From: a bacterium
Lineage (GTDB): Bacteria > Patescibacteriota > Minisyncoccia > Phycocordibacterales > UBA12088
DNA length: 64,000 nt
Direction of reading: 5' to 3'
Assembly: GCA_003252295.1 (NCBI GenBank)
Contig: QKEV01000013.1
Location: forward strand, 25,920 to 89,919
Shown here: positions 39,213-48,924 of the stretch, piece by piece
Layout of the letters: each line of letters opens with the position of its first letter
Position numbering within the stretch: the first letter of the stretch is position 1
Made by a program: the position numbers and the translations under genes
Notes under the pieces: model-generated
Told to the model about the DNA's origin: nothing
Databases searched by the model: none
What the model saw: only the letters and a program-made list of their open reading frames with translations

Positions 39213-40052
39213 TTATCGAATTTCGTATGTTATGTTTACATTTGAGGTTACCTTGTTCTCACCTGGTTGAACAGAAACTGATTCTTCCAGATCACCTGCA
39301 CCTGCTGCCATATCATACATAACAGCTGAACGATACAGTGCTACCGGAGCATAGTCACTACCCTCTGAGAAACCTACGATACGTACGAGTGACACACCAA
39401 GGTCTCCTGCAAGCTTCTCTGCCTTAGCTCGCGCCTCATCAATAGCCTGTTTGCGCGCATCCTCACGTAATGCATCCTCATCAGCTATAGTAAATGTTAG
39501 ACCACTCACACTTGAAACCTCTTGTGAGGTTACCAACTCAAGAAGCTCACCAGCACGGTCAAGGTCCTTCACTTTTACCCTATCAGTAAGCGTAATGGTA
39601 AAGCCCACCTGCTCCCTGTTTTGAGGACAGTTGTAGGTGAGACAGGTTTCTGCTTTCTTCCATTCATACTTAGGACTCAAGTTGTAGTTGATAGTTTTAA
39701 TATCCGCATCCTCAACACCATTCTCAACAAGTGACTTCACGATAGCATTTGCTTTTGTTTTTGCGAGGTCCTGCACCTCTGAAGCAGTATCCGCCTCCTC
39801 CATAACCGTATAGGTAAACTCTGCTGTATCTGGCACAGCAAATACCTCACCTTCGCCAGAAACGGTAATAGCGTTTGATGGTGCGATACCTCCTCCTATA
39901 TAGCGATACTCTTTGAAAGATTTAATGGTCTCTGCAAAGAGAAAAGCTGCCAATAGTATGAGCACTATTGAGAGAGTGGTGTATACACGAGCGCCCGGTG
40001 CAATAGATGAGCAACTTGTCGTGCATTCTGTGGTTTTATCTGTTTGTTCCAT
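39213..40052 (-). CDS. SIMPL (DUF541) domain protein
   Basis: ITVSGEGEVFAVPD, DIKT.NY.L.PKY, AIDEARAKA..LA..LGV.L, PGE.KV..NV.ITYEI. Confidence 0.92.
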   Translation of the reverse strand: MEQTDKTTECTTSCSSIAPGARVYTTLSIVLILLAAFLFAETIKSFKEYRYIGGGIAPSNAITVSGEGEVFAVPDTAEFTYTVMEEADTASEVQDLAKTKANAIVKSLVENGVEDADIKTINYNLSPKYEWKKAETCLTYNCPQNREQVGFTITLTDRVKVKDLDRAGELLELVTSQEVSSVSGLTFTIADEDALREDARKQAIDEARAKAEKLAGDLGVSLVRIVGFSEGSDYAPVALYRSAVMYDMAAGAGDLEESVSVQPGENKVTSNVNITYEIR

Positions 40053-40115
40053 ATAAACTAGCTTTAAATACGTGTAACTTTATACGAGGTGAGTATAGCA
40101 TAAAAAGCAGACTGT

Positions 40116-40883
40116 CTAGAGGTAATGTAATGACACACCATCAAAATCAATAAAATCAAAAAGGTAGAAGAACCAATTTGTTAAACCTGTATTCCCTAAC
40201 ACATAACTCAACCCAACAATCACCAAAATTAGACCACCAACCTTTGAAACGAGATGCAAGTACGGGAGTGTCTTTTCAACCATACAACTTGCCTGACTTA
40301 TAAGTAACGCAAAGAGTATAAGTGGAATACTAAAACCAAGAGCAAAGACACCAAGCAGTAATGTACCCGCCATGACCGTACCACTATTCCCTGCATAGAA
40401 CAGTATGAGTCCATACACTGGTCCAAAGCATGGTGTCCACCCCGTTGCAAAAGCAATACCAAGCAGAAGAGATCCTACTGGTGTAGCTACTGAAAACCAT
40501 TGGGGTAACTTCACTCTTCTTTCTTTACTGAGAAAGTTTGATGTAAATACTCCAAGCATAAAGAGTCCAAACAACATAATGAGTACTCCTCCAAATATTT
40601 TAAACAACCCCCTTGCTTCATATGGAATAACACTACCAAGAAAACCAGCAAGTGTGCCTGAGAGTATGATCACTAGAGAAAAACCAAGGGCAAAGAGTAC
40701 GCTGTGGAGCAATACAAAACGGCGTGCTTTTGCACCAGTTTTTTCATCAGCAATTTCTTTTTCTGTCACCCCACTAATAAAGCCAAGGTAAGCTGGTATA
40801 AGCGGTAGTGTACAAGGGGCAAGAAACATGAAGAGTCCTGCAATAAAAGCTGAAAGGTATGATACTGTCTCAAGTGCTACCAT
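40116..40883 (-). CDS. ccdA: CcdA/DsbD-type transmembrane electron transporter
   Basis: AFIAG..FLAPCTLPLIPAYL and GWTPCFGP. Confidence 0.9.
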   Translation of the reverse strand: MVALETVSYLSAFIAGLFMFLAPCTLPLIPAYLGFISGVTEKEIADEKTGAKARRFVLLHSVLFALGFSLVIILSGTLAGFLGSVIPYEARGLFKIFGGVLIMLFGLFMLGVFTSNFLSKERRVKLPQWFSVATPVGSLLLGIAFATGWTPCFGPVYGLILFYAGNSGTVMAGTLLLGVFALGFSIPLILFALLISQASCMVEKTLPYLHLVSKVGGLILVIVGLSYVLGNTGLTNWFFYLFDFIDFDGVSLHYL

Positions 40884-41419
40884 GTTTGTGTAAGTATGGT
40901 ATCTATCTTACTCTTCATCTCCCCATAGGTCATAGGTCCATGTTGGTGAAAAATGACCTCATCATTCTCATTGAGGAAGAGTGTCTCAGGAACAGCGTAG
41001 CCGTCCATTTTTTGATAGTACTCATCAGTACTATCAAACACATAGGTAATGACATGTTCAAACGACTGAGCATTCAGGTACTCTTTTCCATCTATCGGGT
41101 TAGTGTCACGACAGAGCGCAATAACAGCAACTTCTCCCTTGTAGTCACTTTGAAGCGTATTGAGCGCTTTAAGCTCTTCCGCACTATATGGACTCCAACT
41201 TGCCCACATATTGATCACTTTTACTTCCGCCTGTACAGTATCGAGCGATATTTCGTTGCCATTACCATCAGGTAAAGCAAAAGGATCAGCAATAGTAGGT
41301 GACTGCTGATCCTGTGTAACATGCTCATTCTTATCCTTGTTTGCAACGTAGTAGTACGTACCAGCAATTGCAAGTGTACTCAAAAATACAGTACAAAGAA
41401 CAAGTATGTAACGATTCAT
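40877..41419 (-). CDS. TlpA/ResA-like thioredoxin with SxxS in place of CxxC
   Basis: N-terminal TM, INMWASWSPYS, YAVPETLF (cis-Pro loop). Confidence 0.8.
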   Translation of the reverse strand: MNRYILVLCTVFLSTLAIAGTYYYVANKDKNEHVTQDQQSPTIADPFALPDGNGNEISLDTVQAEVKVINMWASWSPYSAEELKALNTLQSDYKGEVAVIALCRDTNPIDGKEYLNAQSFEHVITYVFDSTDEYYQKMDGYAVPETLFLNENDEVIFHQHGPMTYGEMKSKIDTILTQTW

Positions 41420-41424
41420 GCTTC

Positions 41425-42132
41425 TTAATTCTCAAGTACACTGAGCGCTCGATCAATAAACATCCTTACACTATCAATTGGCTGTGCACCAGAAAATTTT
41501 ATAATATCGTTTTTACGGGTAAGTAGCACATTGTAAGGAGTGCCTCTGCCTCCAAGCTCCTGAGATGATAATGTTTGTTCATTGAGTAGTGAATCATACT
41601 TACCAGAAGCCATACATTCATCATAGGTTGCTTCATCTACCCCAAGTTCAAGTGCCTTGTTTTTACTCCATGTAACTGAAACATTTTGTTGGTCTTCAAA
41701 AGCCGCGTTCGTATAGCTCCAGAAAGCATCATTACCCAACTGTTCTGCAATACACTCACTCGCAACCGCTGCCTCCTTCCCTCCTGGTTGGTATGGTGTG
41801 TGACGGTACACCCACGCTAACTTACCTTCATACTCATCAAGAAGTTCAAGTATTGTGGCATGGAAAAGACCACAGTACCCACACCGGTAATCTGAATACT
41901 CAATGAGATACACATCTGGGTTTTCCGCACCAAGGATATGATCACGCTCGGTTATAGCAAGAGTATCTGTTTGTACCTCCGCCACATCCTCCGTTTTTGT
42001 GGTTTTTTGTTGCTCTTCCTGTGGAGCGGTCTTTGTTGCAAAGATTGCAAATGATACACATAACCCAGCAACAATAATTGCACCTGGTACAAGGTATGGG
42101 CTAGTAACTTTTTTTGTTGTTTCTTCTGACAT
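41425..42132 (-). CDS. DsbA/BdbD-like thioredoxin-fold protein
   Basis: N-terminal TM; DHILG, EYSDYRCGYC, WVYRH, GTP. Confidence 0.88.
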   Translation of the reverse strand: MSEETTKKVTSPYLVPGAIIVAGLCVSFAIFATKTAPQEEQQKTTKTEDVAEVQTDTLAITERDHILGAENPDVYLIEYSDYRCGYCGLFHATILELLDEYEGKLAWVYRHTPYQPGGKEAAVASECIAEQLGNDAFWSYTNAAFEDQQNVSVTWSKNKALELGVDEATYDECMASGKYDSLLNEQTLSSQELGGRGTPYNVLLTRKNDIIKFSGAQPIDSVRMFIDRALSVLEN

Positions 42133-42158
42133 GGTAAAAATACTTTTGTTAATACTAT

Positions 42159-42407
42159 TTATTCTTCAGTGCCACTTATAGTAGCATTTGAAAGTGATAC
42201 TGCACACACTTCCCCATCTCCTAAACATGTTTCTTTAATTTTTTCGCCCCAATGTGGCCAAATGTAAAAGAAAAATGTGACGAGTAGGAGAAACACAAGA
42301 ATACCGAGCAGCAACCTCTTATGTGCATGTTCATGTGGTTCGTGCTTTGTATCCAATACTGTTTCTTCCTGTAAATTTTCTTCTTCCATTAGGAACCATT
42401 GTACCAT
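42159..42407 (-). CDS. Small single-TM hypothetical protein
   Basis: One TM plus a Cys pair; co-oriented with the dsb module. Confidence 0.5.
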   Translation of the reverse strand: MVQWFLMEEENLQEETVLDTKHEPHEHAHKRLLLGILVFLLLVTFFFYIWPHWGEKIKETCLGDGEVCAVSLSNATISGTEE

Positions 42408-42669
42408 GTAAGAATATACGGTATTACACGTCTGTAACTTTGATGAAGCACATCATTGCAACAAACATTGTAACCGCGATACTAGGATTTTCCCTTATCG
42501 CTGTTGTTGTGCTCCATTTTTCAACAATATAAGATAAGAAGAAGGAAATAAAAAAAGACCTCTTGCTGACTATAGGGGTCTTTTTGTTTCAGAATGATAG
42601 GCCTGTTTTAATAGCGTATATTCTTTTACTAAAAATTAATTCTTAAGGTAAAAATCTTTGTTTCCGTAT

Positions 42670-42830
42670 ACAAAAATGGGACAACGTTGTAGTTACGTTG
42701 TCCCAAGGGCGATGATGGCTACCGGTTGCCATTGTTGGGGTTGTAGTTAGCGCTACTTAAAGTGCTCAGAGCTATACTCCGCTCCAGACCCGACAGGTAT
42801 AAACCCCAAATCACCTAACACCAGATACTA
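42670..42830 (-). ncRNA. Candidate structured RNA (unassigned)
   Basis: Long-range TTGGGGTT/AACCCCAA and GGTGAT/ATCGCC pairing, side hairpins, terminal GGGACAACGT..ACGTTGTCCC hairpin plus T tract. Confidence 0.35.
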
Positions 42831-42832
42831 CA

Positions 42833-43057
42833 CTACATTCTCAACAAATCAATTTTTTCAAACCGCTTTACCATCTTTCCATCTATTTCTTTTTCATCAA
42901 AAAACATATCCTTGGGTCGCACCCACATACCCTCTTCTCCGTAGAGTGCTTTGTACAGAATCAATTCTTCAAGTGTTTCTGAATGCTTCACCAAACCCAA
43001 CACCTCATACTCACCGCCTTTAAAATGTCTGTATTTTCCTAGTAGATCTGAATCCAT
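42833..43057 (-). CDS. DUF1653 family protein
   Basis: GKYRHFKG..YEV...HSET.E..V/ILY.ALYG...WVRP..MF.....RF. Confidence 0.9.
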   Translation of the reverse strand: MDSDLLGKYRHFKGGEYEVLGLVKHSETLEELILYKALYGEEGMWVRPKDMFFDEKEIDGKMVKRFEKIDLLRM

Positions 43058-43155
43058 AAAACCTTCTTTAAGTTATATGTAAGCAGTATAGCAAGAATAT
43101 GTTGCTAGGGTCTTGAAAAAACAACCTGTTTGTGTCACAATTGCGCAACATGTAT

Positions 43156-43229
43156 GGTGGCTGTAGCTCAGTTGGTAGAGCTCTCGGTTGTGGTCCGAGC
43201 GGTCGCAGGTTCGAACCCTGTCAGCCACC
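43156..43229 (+). tRNA. tRNA-His(GTG) with encoded G-1
   Basis: GGTGGCTG...anticodon loop TTGTGGT, GGTTCGAACC, CAGCCACC. Confidence 0.95.
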
Positions 43230-43230
43230 C

Positions 43231-43388
43231 AGTGATGAAAAAGAACTCCTTACATAAGGAGTTCTTTTTTGTCACTATGGTGTTTTACTGTCTGGGTTCG
43301 AACCGTAGGACTAACGTTTACACAGAGCGAAGCGACAATGTAAACGTTGACCTCGACCGTAGGGAGAGGCGAACCCTGTCAGCCACCA
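43231..43388 (+). repeat. tRNA-His-linked element (hairpin, inverted T-arm copy, spacer, direct 3' copy)
   Basis: GGGTTCGAACC at 43294-43304; CGAACCCTGTCAGCCACC at 43370-43387. Confidence 0.8.
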
Positions 43389-43474
43389 ACACCAAAGAGG
43401 TGCAATGCTTATCGCATTACACCTCTTGGTATTACTGGTCACCCGTCATTAAATATTATATTTGTTTACTGTTG

Positions 43475-43653
43475 GAGGACTTTCACTGCTCACTCTCCGC
43501 CAACTGGCGGATCGTTGCGCTCACGAAACCCACAGTTTCGTGTACTTCCTCCACGGGGAAACACCCAGTTTCCCCGACCCCCTTTCTGGTTCAAGTCCTC
43601 ACAACACACCAAAACAAAAAAGATCTAGGAAGAACCTAGATCTTTTTTGTTTT
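43475..43653 (-). repeat. tRNA-Leu-linked element (degenerate)
   Basis: Hairpin 43611-43653; inverted GGTTCAAGTCCTC at 43588-43600; short direct GAGGACTT at 43475-43482. Confidence 0.6.
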
Positions 43654-43654
43654 G

Positions 43655-43738
43655 TGCGCGGAAGAGGACTTGAACCTCCAAGGGATTGCTCCCATACGCC
43701 CCTCAAGCGTACGCGTCTACCAGTTTCGCCACCCGCGC
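43655..43738 (-). tRNA. tRNA-Leu(GAG)
   Basis: GCGCGGG acceptor, TACGC-TTGAGGG-GCGTA anticodon arm, long variable arm, GGTTCAAGTCC. Confidence 0.95.
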
Positions 43739-43830
43739 ATGTGAGTATAGATAATACATAGGTATGACCATTTTGTCTATAAAACAAACAAGCGACCATG
43801 TGGTCGCTTGTTTGAGTAAAATATTTTGCT

Positions 43831-44397
43831 TTATTTCTCTTCGGTTGTTGCTTCAGTAGTTTCTTCTGTTTTTTCTTCCTCTTTAGCTTCCTCAGTAACC
43901 TCCTCTACTGCTTTCGTCTCCTCTGCCTTCTTTGCTTCTTCCTCTGCCTTAGCTTGTTCCGCTTCTGCGGCAGCTGCAGCTTCTTCTGCTTCCTTTGCTA
44001 CACGCTCTTTCTCAGCAATATCAGACTCTGTCGCAATACCCATCATTTTTGCTTTACGCATAGCACGACGGATCTCCTTGGTTGCCTTATCTCGAATGTA
44101 GTAGAGTTTTGCACGACGAGCTTTCGTTCGCTTTACAATCTCAATCTTATCAATCATTGGTGAGTACAATGGGAAGGTCTTCTCAACACCAACGCCACTA
44201 GCCACCTTTCGTACGGTAAATGTAGCTCCTGCTTCCGAGCCATGCTTTACCATAAGCACAATACCCTCAAATACCTGAAGGCGTGTCTTTCCCTTTTCAA
44301 TTATTTTCTGTGTTACTCGCACAGTATCTCCTGACTGAATACCAAGCTCTTTTCGGGCTTGTGTGTTCACAGATGAAATGACGGTTTGTTCACTCAT
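43831..44397 (-). CDS. rplS: 50S ribosomal protein bL19 with Glu/Ala/Lys-rich C-terminal extension
   Basis: GDTVRV..KI.EKGK.RLQVFEG, FTVRKVASGVGVEKTFPLYSP, RRAKLYY. Confidence 0.97.
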   Translation of the reverse strand: MSEQTVISSVNTQARKELGIQSGDTVRVTQKIIEKGKTRLQVFEGIVLMVKHGSEAGATFTVRKVASGVGVEKTFPLYSPMIDKIEIVKRTKARRAKLYYIRDKATKEIRRAMRKAKMMGIATESDIAEKERVAKEAEEAAAAAEAEQAKAEEEAKKAEETKAVEEVTEEAKEEEKTEETTEATTEEK

Positions 44398-44452
44398 AGT
44401 GCGGGGTACTGTACCACATGGAGTCACGGCTTGCAATAGGTGTAAAGGGTTT

Positions 44453-45172
44453 CTAATCTCTATTGAGCTGTTTTTCAGCAAAGACAAAGTCCTCCGGAAG
44501 TGGCGCTTCCAAGCTCATGTAGGTACCGTTTGGATGGGTAAAAGAAATAGCGCGTGCATGGAGTGCGAGTCGTGTAAAACCTAAGATAGGGTCTTTTTTA
44601 GGTGCATACCGCTCATCGGCTACCACCGGGTGACCTATCGCCTTTGCATGTACACGTATCTGGTGTGTTCTTCCTGTTTTTGGTTCAAATGCCATGTATG
44701 AGAACCCTTCCCCAACTCCAAGTCGGGTAAAGCGGGTTATGGCTTCACGAACCTTCCCTTTCGGCACATGTGTCGTCCATAGACGAAAGTCCTTTTTTGA
44801 CCTACCTATTGGCTTGTCTATGGTTCCCGTAAGATCTTTTACCTCACCATACACAAACGCATGGTAGGTCTTTTGTGTTTCCCTGTTTTTAAACTGATCT
44901 TTCAAAAACAGGAACGTGTCCTGATTTTTCGCAAGTACGAGAATACCACTCGTGTCCTTATCGAGACGATGCACTACACCTGGACGATCTATTACCTCGC
45001 CATTCTGTAAGCACATCTCTTCTCCCACTCCTATCATGCTTGGATGGTTCTCACGAACCCAGTCAGTGAGCACTGTCTCATCACTTCTCCCATCCTCATG
45101 CACAGCAAGCCCTGCAGGTTTGTTCACCGCCAAGATGTCACCGTCCTCATAAACTACAGTAGGCACAAACAT
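44453..45172 (-). CDS. RluA/RluD-family pseudouridine synthase (no S4 domain)
   Basis: NKPAGLAVH, HRLDKDTSG, TGRTHQIRVH, LHA. Confidence 0.95.
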   Translation of the reverse strand: MFVPTVVYEDGDILAVNKPAGLAVHEDGRSDETVLTDWVRENHPSMIGVGEEMCLQNGEVIDRPGVVHRLDKDTSGILVLAKNQDTFLFLKDQFKNRETQKTYHAFVYGEVKDLTGTIDKPIGRSKKDFRLWTTHVPKGKVREAITRFTRLGVGEGFSYMAFEPKTGRTHQIRVHAKAIGHPVVADERYAPKKDPILGFTRLALHARAISFTHPNGTYMSLEAPLPEDFVFAEKQLNRD

Positions 45173-45173
45173 A

Positions 45174-46214
45174 CTACACGGCTGTTTTTGCCAACGTACC
45201 GGCGGTATCCACCACCTTACGTACTATAGAAGACAATACTTCTTTATCCTCATCATGTATCGAAAGTTTTGTAACACACTTCTTTGCTTGCTCTACATAC
45301 TCCTCTAACTTTCTCTGTGTTGCATCCTTTGCCCCTGCCTCTTCAAAAAGTTGCACCACCTCCCCTACCTCAGAGTCACTGAGCTCTTCTTTTTTTGTAT
45401 AGAGTGATATGAGTTGCTCCCTATTTCCATGTTCCAAGGTGTAGAGCACCGGATATGTTTTCTTCCTTTCATACACATCACCGTACGCTCGTTTTCCTGT
45501 CTCCTCAGTATTACTCCAAACTGACACGAGGTCATCCTTCACCTGGTACGCCATACCGAGTGCCTCTCCATACTCATAGAGTACTGAAACATCTTCCTCG
45601 GGACACTCTGCAGCAACACCTCCTGCTTCGGTTGCAGCACCAACGAGTACCGCAGTCTTCTTTCGTATCATTTCAAAATACCTTTCCTCTGTAACAGAAG
45701 TATCACCAACCTGTTTATCAGTGAGTTCAAAATCAAGGTACTGTCCTTCGCACACCTCGAGAAAATGGTTGTTGAGTGTTTGTGCCGCTTTCGTGCCATG
45801 CACTGAATCAGTATATGCAGCATTGAGTAATGCTCGTGAAGTGAGGAGCAGCTGTGCATCACCGGAATTTATTGCATGAGGAACACCCCAGAGCTTCCAC
45901 ACGGTCTCCTGCCCTCTTCGCATCTCATCATTATCTACAATGTCATCATGCACCAGGGTGAAGTTATGGAACAACTCTATGGCCGCAGCAAGATCAAGTG
46001 CACTCGTTGCACCACCGTACATGTTTGCGGTTAGCAAGAGGAGTGCACTGCGAGTGCGCTTGCCATGCTTTCCTTCTGAAGGAGTTTTGAGATCATTGCT
46101 ATACCCCATGAAGTAACGGAGCATGTGATACATTGGTAAATCTCCTGCTTCCTCAAATAACGTGCGTATTTTTTTGTCTACCAAATCTTTTTCTTTTTGC
46201 AAAGTCTGTATCAT
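45174..46214 (-). CDS. Trans-polyprenyl diphosphate synthase
   Basis: GKRTR, HDDIVD.DEMRRG, GQYLD, KTA, YQVKDD, KKTYP. Confidence 0.93.
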   Translation of the reverse strand: MIQTLQKEKDLVDKKIRTLFEEAGDLPMYHMLRYFMGYSNDLKTPSEGKHGKRTRSALLLLTANMYGGATSALDLAAAIELFHNFTLVHDDIVDNDEMRRGQETVWKLWGVPHAINSGDAQLLLTSRALLNAAYTDSVHGTKAAQTLNNHFLEVCEGQYLDFELTDKQVGDTSVTEERYFEMIRKKTAVLVGAATEAGGVAAECPEEDVSVLYEYGEALGMAYQVKDDLVSVWSNTEETGKRAYGDVYERKKTYPVLYTLEHGNREQLISLYTKKEELSDSEVGEVVQLFEEAGAKDATQRKLEEYVEQAKKCVTKLSIHDEDKEVLSSIVRKVVDTAGTLAKTAV

Positions 46215-46215
46215 G

Positions 46216-46905
46216 CTATTTTCCAAAATTCCTTCCTACCCCTTTGTATTCATTAACAATTTCAAGAAACTCTCCTTTCGAAAAAGCCGGCCAGAATGTA
46301 TCTATAAAAAAGAGTTCAGAGTACACACTAGACCAGGTGAGAAAGTTAGAAAGTCGCTTTTTACCACCGGTGCGTATTATCACCTCAGGATCAGGCATAC
46401 AAGCGGTCCAGAGCACCTCACTAAAACCCACCTCATCAACAACATCTTTACCTTCCTTTAAAAGTCTATTTACGCCAGCAAGTATCTCTGCCCTGCCTCC
46501 ATAACTCGCAGCAACCCAAAGATGTTGCACAGCATCAGCTGGGTTTGTGTCATGGAGATTCTGTATGAGCTCTTGTATGTCTTCTGGAAAACGAGCAAGA
46601 TCACCAACAATATGTATGGCACTCCCCTCGTCACGAAGTGTCGCAAGGTCATCCTTCAAAAGCTTTCGCATCATACCCATCAAGTAACCAACCTCATCCT
46701 CCTCGCGTTCCCAGTTTTCAGTTGAAAATGCATACACTACCAAATGGTTGATATTCTCTTCCTTACACCACTCAACTGCTTCCCGAAGTTTCTCATACCC
46801 CTTTCGGTGACCTTCGAGCTTTGGTACACCCTGCTCACGTGCCCAGCGTCGATTACCATCCATGATCATACCCACACAACTGAGGGTGTTATTTGTATCA
46901 CTCAT
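46216..46905 (-). CDS. uppS: Undecaprenyl diphosphate synthase
   Basis: IMDGNRRWA, YAFSTENW.R, YGGR.EI, IRTGG..RLSNFL, GRNFG. Confidence 0.96.
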   Translation of the reverse strand: MSDTNNTLSCVGMIMDGNRRWAREQGVPKLEGHRKGYEKLREAVEWCKEENINHLVVYAFSTENWEREEDEVGYLMGMMRKLLKDDLATLRDEGSAIHIVGDLARFPEDIQELIQNLHDTNPADAVQHLWVAASYGGRAEILAGVNRLLKEGKDVVDEVGFSEVLWTACMPDPEVIIRTGGKKRLSNFLTWSSVYSELFFIDTFWPAFSKGEFLEIVNEYKGVGRNFGK

Positions 46906-46913
46906 ACGTTCTT

Positions 46914-47204
46914 TTATCCAATATGTACTACTTTAAAACTGTCGTACTCCCGTGTAGGTTCCCTCCACTCTTCATATAAATTTTTGACACGAGCAGTATC
47001 AGGCCCTACGACAAGATGGTTCCTAAAAACCTTGAGGACACCATACTCTCCTTGAGCAAGTACCTCAACAGAACCGTCCGGAAGATTTGCAACAAAACCA
47101 GTGAGGTTGAGATCGAGAGCCATAGCGTGCGCAAAATTACGATACGAAACACCCTGTACCCGTCCAGTCACAATGCAGTGGAACTCACTTTTTTTATCGC
47201 TCAT
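46914..47204 (-). CDS. acyP: Acylphosphatase
   Basis: VTGRVQGVSYR, GFVANLPDGSVEV.AQG, GP..ARV. Confidence 0.93.
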   Translation of the reverse strand: MSDKKSEFHCIVTGRVQGVSYRNFAHAMALDLNLTGFVANLPDGSVEVLAQGEYGVLKVFRNHLVVGPDTARVKNLYEEWREPTREYDSFKVVHIG

Positions 47205-47324
47205 GTACCCAAAAGAGTACCACATTTCCTATTGAAACAACAAAGTGATACATGATTTCAAATGATTTAAATATGGACAAAAAATAAATTTGATTTCTAC
47301 AACACATAACCATGCTTGTAAAGT

Positions 47325-47355
47325 TTGACTTGGAGCTAACTCCAAGGACTATAGT
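47325..47355 (+). promoter_or_regulatory. MerR-type promoter/operator
   Basis: TTGACT, 19-nt spacer, TATAGT; dyad CTTGGAG-N4-CTCCAAG (47329-47346). Confidence 0.85.
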
Positions 47356-47385
47356 ACTATACGTAATTACATCAAACATAACGTT

Positions 47386-47763
47386 ATGAATATTTCTGAA
47401 GTAAGTAAAAAATACAACATCCCAACCGACACCCTACGGTACTACGAAAAAATGGGGCTCATCCCGAGCGTCAACCGAAGAGAGAGCGGCACAAGGGACT
47501 ACAGTGAAATCGACATCAAATGGGTAGAGTTTATCAAGTGTATGCGCAGTGCCGGTCTACCTGTAAAAGTGCTCAAAGAGTATGTCGACCTGTTCATGCA
47601 GGGAGCAGGGACAAGTAAACGCAGAAAGGAAATACTACTCACCCAGAGAGATGAGCTTGCTGAGAAAATAAAAGAACTAAAGAAAACCCTGAAGATACTC
47701 GATGCAAAAATAGACATCTACGATACTGAGCTACAGCGACACGAGAAAAAACTTAAAAAGTAA
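47386..47763 (+). CDS. MerR-family regulator (AdhR/NmlR-like)
   Basis: DTLRYYEK.GLIP.V.R..SG.RDY, FIKCMRSAG (single Cys). Confidence 0.92.
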   Translation: MNISEVSKKYNIPTDTLRYYEKMGLIPSVNRRESGTRDYSEIDIKWVEFIKCMRSAGLPVKVLKEYVDLFMQGAGTSKRRKEILLTQRDELAEKIKELKKTLKILDAKIDIYDTELQRHEKKLKK

Positions 47764-47831
47764 AACACCATTATTGGTTTCAGTAACATCCACAAATACC
47801 AACTATTACTAGTTAACCAACACAAAAACAA

Positions 47832-48920
47832 ATGAATAAAACCATTCTTACTATTTTGGCAGTCGCTGCTGCCTGCCTACTTATTATTGTTAATTTTAGA
47901 ACCATGACAAACAACACAAAAGCAACAACGGAAACAAAAGAAGTTGACATTGACGGTTTAACTTTTGAACTCAGTGACAACGTTACGGTTGAGCGAGTCG
48001 TATATAAAAATCGCTACGGCATTGAGATTGCCGGTGACATGTATCTCAGTAAAGACTTTGATAAGTCAGAGAAGCACCGAGCACTCATCATCGGTACGCC
48101 ATACGGTGGTGTCAAAGAGCAAGGTGCGGGTATATACGCACAAAACATGGCAGAACGAGGATTTGTGGCAATCACCTTTGACGAATCATACAACGGCGAC
48201 AGTGGTGGTGTGGGAAGTTTTAAAGACGTGTCCTCGCCTGAGATCTTTGTTGAGGACTTTAGCGCAGGTGTAGACTTTCTTGGATCACTACCTTTTGTAG
48301 ATAGAGAAAAGATAGGTGCAATAGGTATTTGTGGTAGTGGAGGTTTTGCTCTCACTGCAGCACAAGTTGATCCGCGCATTAAGGCAGTTGCCACAGCAAG
48401 CATGTATGACATAAGCAGTATGGTGCGAGATGGCTTTGCTTACTCTTTGACCGATGAGGCACGTGAGCAAATGAAAGTACAACTCGCAGAGCAACGATGG
48501 ACAGACTTTGCAAACGGATACTCAGCAGTACCCGAGGGTGGTTGGCCAACTGACGGTCCAGCAGAAACACTTCCTGAAGGACTACCAGAAGTGATGTCAG
48601 AATTCTTCGAGTACTACGGTATGGAGAGAGGATGGCACCCAAACACGATGCCAAACTTTACCTTGACCAGCTCCCTCGCCTTCATGAACTTCCCTCTCAT
48701 GACACACCTAGAGGAGATCTCACCAAGACCAATCCTCTTCATAATGGGAGAAAATGCTCACTCAAGGTACTACACCGAGGAAGCGTACGAGAAGGCTGCT
48801 GAACCAAAGGAACTCGTAGTTGTTCCAGAAGCACGACACATTGACCTCTACGATGGAGGCGACAAGGACTACATTCCATTTGAAAAGATTGACACATTCT
48901 TTAAGGAGAACTTGAAGTAA
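47832..48920 (+). CDS. Alpha/beta hydrolase (YcjY-like) with N-terminal hydrophobic segment
   Basis: PYGGVKEQ, GICGSGG (Cys nucleophile), HIDLYD. Confidence 0.88.
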   Translation: MNKTILTILAVAAACLLIIVNFRTMTNNTKATTETKEVDIDGLTFELSDNVTVERVVYKNRYGIEIAGDMYLSKDFDKSEKHRALIIGTPYGGVKEQGAGIYAQNMAERGFVAITFDESYNGDSGGVGSFKDVSSPEIFVEDFSAGVDFLGSLPFVDREKIGAIGICGSGGFALTAAQVDPRIKAVATASMYDISSMVRDGFAYSLTDEAREQMKVQLAEQRWTDFANGYSAVPEGGWPTDGPAETLPEGLPEVMSEFFEYYGMERGWHPNTMPNFTLTSSLAFMNFPLMTHLEEISPRPILFIMGENAHSRYYTEEAYEKAAEPKELVVVPEARHIDLYDGGDKDYIPFEKIDTFFKENLK

Positions 48921-48924
48921 CTAT

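Noticed and set aside
43130-43799. ORFs spanning the tRNA-His/Leu region (likewise 50928-51350)
   Set aside because: They overlap tRNAs and palindromes and have no protein-like motifs.
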